The notes: a model not told the origin generated them from the sequence alone. 64,000 nt of DNA from Candidatus Omnitrophota bacterium (GCA_043732705.1 JAYTHE010000002.1:191608-255607); one strand, 5' to 3'. Shown: positions 8,933-18,867, counted from the stretch's first letter. Made by a program: numbers and translations.

Positions 8933-9382
8933 TTAATTCACCTGAACTTCAATTTTTTTTGTCTTTTCCTTGGCCGTTTTGGGAAGCGACACTTCCAAGA
9001 CGCCATTCTTATAGCTGGCTTTGACTTTTTCGGCATCAATTTCAGCCGACAAGGCAAAGGCTCGCGCGAAACTTCCGTAGCGGCGTTCGGAATAGTGATA
9101 ACCTTTCTTTTCTTCGTTGGTTTCCTCTTTGCGTTCACCGCGCAAGATGAAGCGATTACCTTCGACGGTAATATCGAAGTCTTCACGTTTCATCCCGGGT
9201 AGATCCGCATGGACAACATACTCTTGGTCTTTTTCCGTAACTTCCACTTGTGGGGTAAGCCCGGAATCCCAATTTTTTGAGGTGAGCGGTGCTGCCGCAA
9301 AGAAACGGTCTAGGTCCGTTTGGAAATCCTTTAAAACTTCAAAAGGGTCAAAGGTGTCTTTTCTGCGTTGAATAATATTCAT
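8933..9382 (-). CDS. Hsp20/alpha-crystallin small heat-shock protein
   Basis: EYVVHADLPGMKREDFDITVEGNRFILRGER ... GVLEVSLPK. A strong RBS (AAAGGGAGGAAACT) precedes the ATG. It sits in tandem, probably in an operon, with the downstream Hsp20. Confidence 0.85.
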   Translation of the reverse strand: MNIIQRRKDTFDPFEVLKDFQTDLDRFFAAAPLTSKNWDSGLTPQVEVTEKDQEYVVHADLPGMKREDFDITVEGNRFILRGERKEETNEEKKGYHYSERRYGSFARAFALSAEIDAEKVKASYKNGVLEVSLPKTAKEKTKKIEVQVN

Positions 9383-9550
9383 AGTTTCCTCCCTTTAATT
9401 TAGAATAGCTCTGAACAAAGAGATTCAATTCGCGTGCCAATTTCCCTGAGAGGGGAAAGAGGCCGGCGTGTTTTTGGAGTGTAAAAAAATGTCACAGAAT
9501 GATTCAATTTTTCACACGATAATGACTATTTAGCAAAGCGATCAATTAAT

Positions 9551-10120
9551 ATGGAAAAGACAGAAAGGCTTTTTTTAGGGCTGCATCTTGACGCGCTTTT
9601 TCAGAAGCAAGTCGCTGATTTTTCAAAAAAACTGCATGTTCTTTACCCTGACCAAAAGTGGGTCAAGCTTCGCCACTTTCATTTTACGATTCATTTTTTG
9701 GGTGATACGACTGAGGAACAAAAGGAAAAAATTAGAGTTATCGCGAAGGGAGTGGCGGCAGACACAAAGTCTTTTCCCATCGCGCTTGAGGGTATGGGCG
9801 CTTTTCCGAGTTTGATAAAGCCCCGCGTCATTTGGATTGGCGCCGCAGAGGAGTGTAAGAAAAGTCTCTTTGATCTTTATACGCATGTGACACTGCCGCT
9901 TATTGCGAAAGGTTTTCCCGTAGAGCATGAAACATTTACGCCGCATGCCACGCTTTTCCGCGTTCGAGCCGAAAAACCGATTGTCTGGGATACAAACATT
10001 TTCAGTTTTACTAAGACGGAGCCGCGCTTAATTAGCGGGCTCAGTCTTTTTAAGAGTATTCTCGGCACCGATGGTTCGGAATATCAGCCTATAGAAGCGT
10101 TCCCATTTAGAGCGACGTAA
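9551..10120 (+). CDS. thpR: RNA 2',3'-cyclic phosphodiesterase (ThpR/LigT, 2H phosphoesterase)
   Basis: Two H-x-T/S-x motifs (HFTIHFLG and HATLFRV) at the expected spacing for the 2H family. Protein length is about 189 aa. Confidence 0.75.
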   Translation: MEKTERLFLGLHLDALFQKQVADFSKKLHVLYPDQKWVKLRHFHFTIHFLGDTTEEQKEKIRVIAKGVAADTKSFPIALEGMGAFPSLIKPRVIWIGAAEECKKSLFDLYTHVTLPLIAKGFPVEHETFTPHATLFRVRAEKPIVWDTNIFSFTKTEPRLISGLSLFKSILGTDGSEYQPIEAFPFRAT

Positions 10121-10312
10121 AGTTTTCTACCCCCGAGGTTGATGAAGGTCAGCCTTGGGGGTGGGCATAGCGGTTCTTTGAATGCTATAATTTAAATGAA
10201 GCCGCAAGTTGCTAAGCAAAGCAACTTGCATGGCTGAATTTACACCGGGCGGCGTTTCGCCAAGAAGTCCCGGTGCTTAGATGTAAACTGCGAAGCGGTT
10301 TTCCGAGGTGAT

Positions 10313-10585
10313 ATGAGCGAACACGATCCTTTTAATGGCGAAGAAATTAAGTTTCCGGTGGTGTGTCATTTTAAAATCATTGCCGATAATATGCCGGGCG
10401 TGCGCGTCATGCTTGAAAAGAAACTCCAGGACTTAGGCGTGATTAATCCGCTTTCCGAAGGAACCCATTCTTCGGGTAATAAATACGTGACCTACAATAT
10501 TGAAGTCAAAGTCGCGAGTAAAGAATATATGCATCAGCTTGACACAGCAATTCGATCCACTAAGCATGTTCGAATGGTGCTTTAA
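10313..10585 (+). CDS. YbeD-like protein (DUF493/UPF0250)
   Basis: A 90-aa protein. FPVVCHFKIIADNM and the C-terminal HVRMVL resemble E. coli YbeD (FPTPFTYKVMG ... IVRMVL). Confidence 0.55.
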   Translation: MSEHDPFNGEEIKFPVVCHFKIIADNMPGVRVMLEKKLQDLGVINPLSEGTHSSGNKYVTYNIEVKVASKEYMHQLDTAIRSTKHVRMVL

Positions 10586-10599
10586 AGGTGTTTTAAAAT

Positions 10600-11425
10600 A
10601 TGGCCCTGTCATTTTTGAAGGAGTTTTCACGCTCGATATTAGGGGCTTTTTCCCCAAAGCCTTTATTTTATTGGGTTCCACATAAGGCTTCTTATGGAAT
10701 AGAACGTAATTTTGGCGATGAGATTTTTTTTCTAATCGTGAATAAAATTCTAGGCAAAAATATTCGAGTTGTAGATATGAACTATTTTGGGCCTAAATTT
10801 ATTGCAGGGGGGGTCTTTATTGCATGAGGCAAAGGGTTTTGACACTCTTTGGGGATGTGGTATTTTAAGAGCAGACAATTTCGGAAGGGAATTATCGCCT
10901 AATCTTGATATTCGGGCAGTCAGGGGCCCTATAACGAAAGATTATTTGTTAAAAAAAGGATTAAAATGTCCTGATATTTTTGGGGATCCAGCTATTTTAT
11001 TGCCGGGTTTATTCCCAGAATTTAAAAAAATGCCTCAAAAAGGAATCGTTGGGTTGGTGCCCCACTTTCGCAATCGCTTTCGATATGAGGGCCTGCCTTC
11101 TTATATCCGCATTATTGACCCGGCGCGGTCAGCCAAAACAGTAATTCAGGAAATATTACAATGTGAGTTTGTAATTTCTGGTTCCTTGCACGGAATTATT
11201 GTGGCCGAAGCTTTCGATATTCCAGCGCGTTGGTTTCCTGATACAGGGGAAGAGCCTGATTTAAAGTACTATGATTATTATGCGAGTACAAATCGTTCTC
11301 CTCAGCCGGCGGGGTCTCTAAAAGAAGCAGAAAAACTAGGGGGGGAATCTAAATTCTGTGTGGATGCTAAAAAGCTTTTAGATGCATTTCCTCATGATAT
11401 TCGTTTTGATTTCCTAAAAAAATAA
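10600..11425 (+). pseudogene. Polysaccharide pyruvyl transferase (CsaB/WcaK family) split by a +1 frameshift at a G7 tract
   Basis: N-terminal NFGDEIFF motif in ORF 10600-10827 and the C-terminal SGSLHGIIVAEAFDIPARWF motif in ORF 10787-11425 lie in different frames. The two ORFs overlap exactly at GGGGGGG (10807-10813). Confidence 0.6.
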
Positions 11426-11441
11426 CCTCGCTTTTAAGAGC

Positions 11442-12668
11442 TTACTTTAAATTTCGAATGCGATTGATGGCCTCAATAACGTTTTCACGGAAGCCAAAAG
11501 AGCTGAGGCGGAAATAGCCTTCACCACTTGGTCCAAATCCCGCGCCCGGGGTTCCAACAACATTGATTTTGTTGAGCAGTAAATCAAAGAAATCCCATGA
11601 ACCCATGCCGTTGGGTGTTTTGAGCCAAACATAAGGGGCATGAATTCCGCCAAAAGCCTTAATGCCGGCAGCTTTGAGACCTTCCCGGATGAGTTTTGCA
11701 TTTTCCATGTAATAAGCAATGACATCCACGACTTCTTTTTTGCCTTGGGGGCTATAAACTGCTTCCGCTCCGCGTTGAATCGGATAAGAAACACCGTTAA
11801 ACTTTGTGGATTGTCGCCTATTCCAAAGTGAGTGCAAAGAAACTTTTTCGCCTTTTTCATTTTTCGCCATCAAATCTTTAGGAATAACTGTGAACGCACA
11901 GCGTGTTCCTGTAAACCCGGCTGTTTTTGAAAAACTGCGAAACTCAATTGCAACATCACGGGCGCCCGCAATTTCAAAAATAGAATGAGGCAGAGAAGCG
12001 TCAGCTATAAAAGCTTCATAAGCCGCATCAAAAAGAATAATCGCATCATTTTTTTTCGCGAAGGCGACCCAGCCTTCCAAATCTTTTTTATCAAGCACCG
12101 TACCTGTGGGATTGGCAGGAGAACATAGGTAAATTAAATCGACGCGTTCTTTTGGAAACGCAGGTTTGAAATTATTTTCTGCTGTGGCCGGCATATAAAC
12201 AAAATTTTCATAGCGCCCATCTTTGTAGTTTCCGGATCGGCCTGCCATGACATTAGTATCCACATAAACAGGATAAACCGGATCCACTACCGCGATTTTA
12301 GAATCAAGGCTAAATATTTCCTGAATATTGCCACAGTCGCATTTGGATCCGTCAGAGACAAAAACTTCGCCCGCTTCAATTTTTGCGCCACGGCTTTGGA
12401 AGTCATTTTTTGCGATAGCTTCACGCAAAAAATCATAGCCTTGCTCCGGGCCATAACCGCGGAATGTTTTGGCATCGCCTAATTCATCAGTCGCTTTTTT
12501 GATCGCATCACGAACTGATGCAGGTAAGGGAAGCACAACATCGCCAATTCCAAGACGAATAATTTTTGCAGTTGGATTTTTTGTTGAAAACTCTTTAACC
12601 CGTCGGCCGATTTCCGGAAAAAGATAACCCGCCTGCAATTTCTGAAAATTTGAATTGATTTTTGCCAC
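11442..12668 (-). CDS. dapL: LL-diaminopimelate aminotransferase
   Basis: The N-terminal [14 protein letters not shown] is characteristic of DapL. The protein is a 408-aa class I PLP aminotransferase ([15 protein letters not shown] lysine region). Confidence 0.8.
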   Translation of the reverse strand: MAKINSNFQKLQAGYLFPEIGRRVKEFSTKNPTAKIIRLGIGDVVLPLPASVRDAIKKATDELGDAKTFRGYGPEQGYDFLREAIAKNDFQSRGAKIEAGEVFVSDGSKCDCGNIQEIFSLDSKIAVVDPVYPVYVDTNVMAGRSGNYKDGRYENFVYMPATAENNFKPAFPKERVDLIYLCSPANPTGTVLDKKDLEGWVAFAKKNDAIILFDAAYEAFIADASLPHSIFEIAGARDVAIEFRSFSKTAGFTGTRCAFTVIPKDLMAKNEKGEKVSLHSLWNRRQSTKFNGVSYPIQRGAEAVYSPQGKKEVVDVIAYYMENAKLIREGLKAAGIKAFGGIHAPYVWLKTPNGMGSWDFFDLLLNKINVVGTPGAGFGPSGEGYFRLSSFGFRENVIEAINRIRNLK

Positions 12669-12837
12669 AATAAAATCCCCTGTAAACTTTAAAATAATGC
12701 CGATATAAAAGAAGATGGATTATAGCTAAAGGCTTGGGTCTAACCAGCTTATTTTAAATGACTTGAAGCATTTAATTAAAAAAGATTGATATAGAAAGCT
12801 ATATATGTCAAAATATAACTAATTATAGTAATTAATA

Positions 12838-14682
12838 GTGATAAATATGCAGAACACACCTCGATTTCTACAAAATCTTAAAAGGCTTAGGCAATTCTTT
12901 AAAGAATTGAATCTTGAGCCGGTTCATTTATTTTTACCGTCGCTGCTTGCTTTGGCAGCATCTATTTTTGAAGGGATTACCTTTTCTTTACTGGTGCCGA
13001 CAATTCGCGGTTTGATGGAGGCAAATTTTAGCTTTGTTGATTCCATCAAAGTGATAGGTTCCTTTACGCGCTTTTTTCCTGAAATTTTTTATAATCGTAA
13101 CTCCGCGATTTTTGCATTTTTGATCTCATTAATAGTTTTAAGCGCTATTTCAAAAAATATATTTGCGTATGTTTCTTCAGTACTTGTTTCCAATCAAGTT
13201 CGGCGCCTAAGCCATGAAATTCGCCGAATCATTTTTAATTCATATATGGATTTCAACAAAGCTTTCTTTGATAGTAATAGTACGGGACATCTGCAAAATA
13301 TTTTAATTGGCTATACTGAACAAATCGCAAATCAGTTTAGATCATTGCACGCCGCTCTTTTTGGGATTTTTAGTTTAATTGTTTATTTAGTCGTTATGGC
13401 GACGATGTCCTGGAAAGTAACGCTTTTTGCGCTTGTCGTTTTCCCAATTATGTTTTTTTCATTTCAAAAGCTCATTGTGACAATTCGACAAGAATCAAAA
13501 AAATTCTCCGAAGCATTTTCCTTGCTTGGAAAAAAAATCTCAAATGCGCTTTCATGTGTGCTTCTGGTCAAAGCATCATGTTCAGAAGATCGCGAAAAGA
13601 AATGGTTTGCGCATATCAGCGAGGAGGTTCGCAGGGCCCAGCTAAAAATAGACCATCGAACTCTTTTGATTGCGCCCGTACAAGAAGTGTTTCTGTTAAT
13701 TATGCTGATTGTCCTGGTTGGCTTTATGGCCTATTTAATTGTTCACGAAAAAGAGGGGCGATTGTCATCGTACCTTGTCTTTTTTGTGATTTTGCGCCGC
13801 GCTATGTCAAGCATGGGAAGTATCACGGCGATTCAAGGATCGATCGCATCGGTTATGGGGCCTTTGAAGGAAGTTATGACCGTGGTTGAGACTCGTAATC
13901 AGCACCAGGAGAAAACAGGTGTTTTGCCCTTGCTTAGCTTTAAAAATAAAATCGAATTTAAGAATCTAACATTTTCCTATCTTGACCGTGAAGTCCTTCA
14001 GAAAATAAGTTTTGAAATACAAAAGGGACAAATGGTTGCCATCATCGGCAGAACAGGCTCGGGCAAGTCGACTTTGGCGCAGCTTCTCATGCGTTTTTAT
14101 GATTCTCCACGAGGCGCCATTTTGATTGATGGGCAAGATATAGGAGATTTTCAAACCTCCGCGCTTCGTAGGAAAATTGCTTATATTTCTCAGGAAAGTT
14201 ATTTTTTTGACACAAGCATTGAAATCAATCTTAAGTACGGTTGCTTACACGAGCTATCTGAAGCCGAAGTTGATTCTGCTTTGGAAAAGGCACAGCTAAA
14301 AGACTTGATCGCAAAGCTACCGCATGGGATTAAAACAAAAATTGGAGAAAGAGGCGTTCAGCTTTCCGGAGGTGAAAAACAGCGCTTGTCTTTGGCGCGC
14401 GCCATATTAAAAAACCCGGAAATTTTAATTTTAGACGAAGCAACCAGTGCCATGGATTCACAAACTGAAAAATTAGTTCAAGCATCCATTGCGGAGGCTG
14501 CGAAAGGGCGCACATCCATTGTCATTGCGCATCGGCTTACCACGATTCAAAAAGCTGATGTGATTTTAGTTTTGGAGCATGGACGACTTGTTGAGAGAGG
14601 TTCTTTTGCCGAACTTATGAAAGCAAACAGCAGTTATTTTAAAGTTTTTTGGAATTCTCAAAGTACAGATGAAACAAATTAG
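12838..14682 (+). CDS. ABC transporter, fused permease and ATPase (MsbA/lipid export-like)
   Basis: Six N-terminal TM helices followed by an NBD with GRTGSGKSTL, LSGGEKQRLSLARA and ILILDEATSAMD. Confidence 0.85.
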   Translation: MINMQNTPRFLQNLKRLRQFFKELNLEPVHLFLPSLLALAASIFEGITFSLLVPTIRGLMEANFSFVDSIKVIGSFTRFFPEIFYNRNSAIFAFLISLIVLSAISKNIFAYVSSVLVSNQVRRLSHEIRRIIFNSYMDFNKAFFDSNSTGHLQNILIGYTEQIANQFRSLHAALFGIFSLIVYLVVMATMSWKVTLFALVVFPIMFFSFQKLIVTIRQESKKFSEAFSLLGKKISNALSCVLLVKASCSEDREKKWFAHISEEVRRAQLKIDHRTLLIAPVQEVFLLIMLIVLVGFMAYLIVHEKEGRLSSYLVFFVILRRAMSSMGSITAIQGSIASVMGPLKEVMTVVETRNQHQEKTGVLPLLSFKNKIEFKNLTFSYLDREVLQKISFEIQKGQMVAIIGRTGSGKSTLAQLLMRFYDSPRGAILIDGQDIGDFQTSALRRKIAYISQESYFFDTSIEINLKYGCLHELSEAEVDSALEKAQLKDLIAKLPHGIKTKIGERGVQLSGGEKQRLSLARAILKNPEILILDEATSAMDSQTEKLVQASIAEAAKGRTSIVIAHRLTTIQKADVILVLEHGRLVERGSFAELMKANSSYFKVFWNSQSTDETN

Positions 14683-15154
14683 ATGAAAAAGGCTTCCCAT
14701 ATAAACTGCGTTTGCTCGACTATTCCGCCGCACATGTTGAAGCATATCGCCCGCAAGGGAAGTGATGTTCAAAAAAACCGGGCTTTGCAAACTTTGGCTG
14801 CAACCGAACAAATGCGCGGCCGGCGGAATGTTTTACAGAAAACATCTTTTTTGTCGCCGGGGTCACATACCAGTAAGAATCGGCTTGTTTATGATGCCCG
14901 TGATCATGAAACTCTTCCCGGGGTGTTAATCAGGAACGAATCGGATGTTTACGATTTTTATCAAAAGGTTTATGGGCGCAATTCTCTGGATAATCAGGGG
15001 CTTACTTTGCGCTCAAGCGTTCATTATAGCCGCGATTATGACAATGCTTTTTGGGAATGGCTCGGAAATGGTCTACGGTGACGGTGACGGTGATGGCGAT
15101 TTGTTTGGGCCTTTTACGGAATGTCTCGATGTCATCGGACATGAGCTAATATGA
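14683..15154 (+). pseudogene. Remnant of a protealysin-like M4 (thermolysin-family) metalloprotease, frameshifted and truncated after HEL
   Basis: LRSSVHYSRDYDNAFW | [13 protein letters not shown] ... DVIGHEL aligns with thermolysin [29 protein letters not shown] ... VVAHELTHAV. The two halves are in different frames (extra G near 15055) and a stop follows HELI. The roughly 170 C-terminal residues are absent. N-terminal CSTIPPHMLKHIA resembles the propeptide motif of signal-less protealysin-like proteases. Confidence 0.8.
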
Positions 15155-15263
15155 GCCCATCTATGTGTTGAGTTCAAATGATGCATCGAAGACCATTACA
15201 TTTAAAAGAATAAAATTGCCCGAAAAAGAGAGATTAAGGGGCTTTTCAAATAAAACATTTACA

Positions 15264-15602
15264 ATGAAAGAATCCGACCTGTTAAAAAAAATTCGTGTTC
15301 CTTCTCAAAATCTGTCCGCTGTTTTTGAAGGGTTGGCATTAGTCAAAATGTTTGATTATTCGCTTAAGTTTGGTGAAATTAAAATCGACGTTTCCGCACG
15401 AGACCAATTTTTAAAAAAGCTTCCGGTAGTTCGCCGAGTTAAGGCCGGTAAGTATCATATTTTGATTACTTATGATCCCGATGTTATATATGGGGGCAGT
15501 CCAAGATCTATTCTTTTAGAGAACTTTGATGGACATACAGGGTTAAGCCTGACGCTTCCGGCCGATGATCAAACGAGAATTTATGTTGTTCAAGAAGATT
15601 AA
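15264..15602 (+). CDS. Small hypothetical protein (112 aa), possibly an emfourin-like inhibitor partner of the M4 protease
   Basis: Lies immediately next to the M4 remnant. From the internal ATG at 15264 it encodes 112 aa, the size of emfourin-family protealysin inhibitors. The assignment rests on context and size only. Confidence 0.35.
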   Translation: MKESDLLKKIRVPSQNLSAVFEGLALVKMFDYSLKFGEIKIDVSARDQFLKKLPVVRRVKAGKYHILITYDPDVIYGGSPRSILLENFDGHTGLSLTLPADDQTRIYVVQED

Positions 15603-15855
15603 ATCTCTTGGTGGTGGTTTATGGTTTACCCCTAAAAGGACGATAAAGTAGCATGTGCCTAAATCAACTTGTCATGCCGAAGCCTCGGCGAAGACAGATC
15701 AAATTGTCGCGCCGAAGCTTTGCGATGGCGGATGTATCGCGCCGAAACTTGAGTGTAGGTGGATGGCCTAACACTTGCCCTGAGCAGCGTCGAAGGGGTG
15801 TCCCGTTTCCGAAGTTTGAAGATAGTAGAAGCAGGCTTCTGATGGAGGAAGAGTT

Positions 15856-16869
15856 GTGAACCATATTCAAATAATAGAAGAGCTTCAGCAAAAGATAGAA
15901 ACTGTATTAAACCCTATTCTGCCACCAAATACAAAATTGGCACTTTTGGACTTCCCTAGCTATCCAAATGTGGGTGATAGCGCGATTTGGGTGGGGGAAA
16001 TGGAATATTTTAAAAAAAGAAAATTGAAAATCGCTTATTCCTGTACTGTTGAGGCCTATTCAAAGGAAAGACTATTAAAGAAAATAGGTGAGAGGGGCAT
16101 TATTTTAATTAGCGGCGGCGGAAACTTTGGCGATTTGTGGGAGAGACACCAGCTGTTTAGAGAAAAAGTAATATGTGATTTTCCTAACCATCGCATTGTT
16201 CAGTTGTCCCAAAGTATTCACTTTAAAGATAAGCAAAAATTAGAAAGAGCTAAAAGCATAATTAATGAACATTTTGACTTTTACCTGTTAGTTAGAGACA
16301 AGGAGAGCTATAAGCTCGCGCGAGAAACATTTAGTGCCAAATTGGTCTTATGTCCGGATATGGCTTTTATGTTGGGAAGCCTTACTAGCTTTCGAAGAAA
16401 AGCTAAAAAAAATGTGTTTGCATTAATTAGAACAGACAAAGAAAGCATTAATAAAATAAATCAATCTTCTTTTTCTGCTTTGTGCGATTTTGATCCACAA
16501 CTAGCTATTGTTATTCAGGATTGGGACACAGGCAATAACACTTTAAATAGAATTCAAACGGCGCTTTGTTCTGGATTTGACTCTAGATTTGAAATGCCGA
16601 CTTTTCTAAAGAACGAAATTGCAAGGCTGAGACTACTGAAAGGAATAAATCAATTAAGTCAAGGGGATGCTATTCTGACAGATCGTTTGCATGGCTACAT
16701 ACTAAGTCTGCTGCTGAATATTCCGCATATTTTCCTAGACAATAGTTATGGGAAACTTAGTGCGTTCTACGATACATGGCTCAAAGAATCAGAACTTACA
16801 TTTTTTGAAAAAAACTTTGAAAAAGCTCTCGATAAGATTAGACGTGGGGTGCTTAAAAGTCCGCTGTAG
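15856..16869 (+). CDS. Polysaccharide pyruvyl transferase (CsaB/WcaK family)
   Basis: NVGDSAIWVGE and GGGNFGDLW N-terminal motifs and a C-terminal TDRLHGYILSLLLNIPHIF motif. GTG start. Confidence 0.7.
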   Translation: MNHIQIIEELQQKIETVLNPILPPNTKLALLDFPSYPNVGDSAIWVGEMEYFKKRKLKIAYSCTVEAYSKERLLKKIGERGIILISGGGNFGDLWERHQLFREKVICDFPNHRIVQLSQSIHFKDKQKLERAKSIINEHFDFYLLVRDKESYKLARETFSAKLVLCPDMAFMLGSLTSFRRKAKKNVFALIRTDKESINKINQSSFSALCDFDPQLAIVIQDWDTGNNTLNRIQTALCSGFDSRFEMPTFLKNEIARLRLLKGINQLSQGDAILTDRLHGYILSLLLNIPHIFLDNSYGKLSAFYDTWLKESELTFFEKNFEKALDKIRRGVLKSPL

Positions 16870-16991
16870 CACAGGGCTAGGCTTTAATGTCAATTCGTAT
16901 GAACTTGGGGGCCATTTAACTTGGGTAATTTATAAAAAAAAAGTATAAAAAAATAATTTGCATTATTACTCACAAAGGAAGTGCCGATCGA

Positions 16992-17726
16992 TTGCAGGTA
17001 ATCAAAGATACCTGGCTGTCGAGGCCATTGCCATCAGACCACCTTGTTCTTTTTGTTTATGGCAATGATGGTGGCGTTGTGCCACGACTAGAAGGACAAA
17101 ACCTTTATCTTGAAGCGAAAGAAAGTTGGGCCAATTTACCAAATAAAATTTATGATCTTTATAAATTTTGTGTGAATAGCTATGATTTTGAGCACCTTTT
17201 TAAAATCGATGACGACGTTTATGTTGCATCACAATCTTTAGTCCGGTATCCTAAAAATCAGATTGATTACGGAGGACGTTTTTTTAATGACCCAGACTTC
17301 AGATCGAATCCAATTGCTTATGAGAAACATCGAAAGCATCGGGCAAAACGGGGGCTGCCAGTTTATGAAGGAAAGATTCCTGCTGAGTATGCCTACGGAC
17401 AATGCTATTTATTAAGCTATCACCTTGCGAAACAAATAGTGAGCCTTTCAAGAGAAGGGCTTGAAGATTGCTTTTTGAATGGTGGGTTGGAAGACGTTAT
17501 GGTCGGAAAAGTCGTTGAGCAATTGAGGGTGAGTGGTCTTCACGTAGAGGTAGATAATTGGAGATCGAGCATTTGGAAGCGCTACTTTATAGCACCCTTT
17601 TGCGAAGCTGATTTATCAAAAGAACAAATTCTGGCACGTCATAAAATTTCACCATTTAGGTTTATTATTTCTATTTGGAATGTTTCACGCAATGTTCTAA
17701 GGCGGTTTTTAACTTATTTAAAATAG
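16992..17726 (+). CDS. Putative glycosyltransferase (GT31/fringe-like, DDD motif)
   Basis: VIKDTW (compare R-x-x-IR-x-TW) and FKIDDDVYV motifs. TTG start. The N-terminus is short. Confidence 0.4.
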   Translation: MQVIKDTWLSRPLPSDHLVLFVYGNDGGVVPRLEGQNLYLEAKESWANLPNKIYDLYKFCVNSYDFEHLFKIDDDVYVASQSLVRYPKNQIDYGGRFFNDPDFRSNPIAYEKHRKHRAKRGLPVYEGKIPAEYAYGQCYLLSYHLAKQIVSLSREGLEDCFLNGGLEDVMVGKVVEQLRVSGLHVEVDNWRSSIWKRYFIAPFCEADLSKEQILARHKISPFRFIISIWNVSRNVLRRFLTYLK

Positions 17727-18068
17727 CCATGAGTGATCCGTATTTCCATAATTACCCCTTGTCACAACGGAGAAAAATGAATCATAGAATATGTTAAAAG
17801 TTATTTGCTGCAGATATGTGGAGAGTTGGAGGTATTGATGATTGGAACTCCAATCCGATGAGATGCCATTTTGTGAAATTATTTTGGGTGCCAATGCTAT
17901 TTTAGAAAAGCATAAGTGGCAAAAACTTAGAGTTTCGTCTTCTATGATCAGGACTGTAAAGACGAACTTGAAAAAATATTTTCGCGTAATCTGAGCTTTA
18001 TCTGATGAATGTAGGTAGATCGTTAATGCTTTTGTCGTTTCGTAGAACAAGCTTTAGTCGAGGATTAT

Positions 18069-18839
18069 ATGAAAGTAATAGAGGGGATACTGAAAATTAG
18101 AAATTTGTTTAAAAGGCTAGTACGCCGCTTTTTTGTCTGGTGTTTTATTGGGTTTGAGCTTTTTCCTGAAAAAAGCATGGGATTACAAATAAGTAATGAG
18201 CCCAATACAATTCCAAAAATATTTGTGATTAATCTGCCTAGGTCTGTAAAACGGCGTGCATTTATGGAAGAACAGCTTGGAAAGTTGTCGTTGCCGTATG
18301 AGTGGGTGGAAGGAGTAGATGGCTATTCTTTAGATCAAAAGACTTTGGATAGTTATTGTTCTTGGGTTACACCTTTGTGTGCTGGTAGAAAGTTGAAGCC
18401 CGGGGAAATTGGTGCTGCTCTAGCTCATTATAAAATTTGGAAAAAGATAAAAGATGAAAATATGCCATGCGCTCTAATTTTTGAAGATGACGCAGTGGTT
18501 GGCGAAGACTTTAAGAAGATTATTCTAAAATGGAAAACCTATCCAAAAAATACAGGCATCTTGAACTTTAGAACAGAGGCAAAAAAAAGATCCGGGGGGC
18601 CCTTAATTCATAAAGATTATAGAATATGTAGGTTTGAAAGCGATAAATTTATGAATGGACTGGTCGCTTATTTTATTACAAATGATACCGCGAAAAAACT
18701 TTTAAAGAAGGCGCATCCTATGAGAACCAGTTGTGACGGGTTGACTTCTGAAATTAAAGGGGTTGTTAAGTATGGTATTGTCCCTGAGCCGGTTCATCTC
18801 GCTAATTTTTCTTCCGATATATGGAATAGCACCTCGTAA
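18069..18839 (+). CDS. Glycosyltransferase family 25 (LPS/LOS biosynthesis, Lic2B/LpsA-like)
   Basis: KIFVINLPRSVKRRAFMEEQL ... WVEGVDG ... GEIGAALAHYKIW is the GT25 N-terminal signature. Contains A8 and G6 homopolymer tracts (18581-18599). Confidence 0.7.
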   Translation: MKVIEGILKIRNLFKRLVRRFFVWCFIGFELFPEKSMGLQISNEPNTIPKIFVINLPRSVKRRAFMEEQLGKLSLPYEWVEGVDGYSLDQKTLDSYCSWVTPLCAGRKLKPGEIGAALAHYKIWKKIKDENMPCALIFEDDAVVGEDFKKIILKWKTYPKNTGILNFRTEAKKRSGGPLIHKDYRICRFESDKFMNGLVAYFITNDTAKKLLKKAHPMRTSCDGLTSEIKGVVKYGIVPEPVHLANFSSDIWNSTS

Positions 18840-18867
18840 AAAGACATATTTATAAACTTTCTGAATT

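Noticed and set aside
10600-11425. Two separate small genes (10600-10827 and 10787-11425)
   Set aside because: They are the two halves of one pyruvyl-transferase fold joined at a G7 homopolymer, so a frameshifted single gene is far more parsimonious.
15653-15859. 68-aa ORF upstream of the pyruvyl transferase gene
   Set aside because: It is Arg-rich low-complexity translation of a repetitive GC-rich spacer with no RBS, and is more likely non-coding.
17727-18068. 110-aa minus-strand ORF (17718-18050) in the AT-rich spacer between glycosyltransferase genes
   Set aside because: Low-complexity, AT-rich, no RBS, opposite to the operon direction. Likely non-coding promoter region for the GT25 gene.
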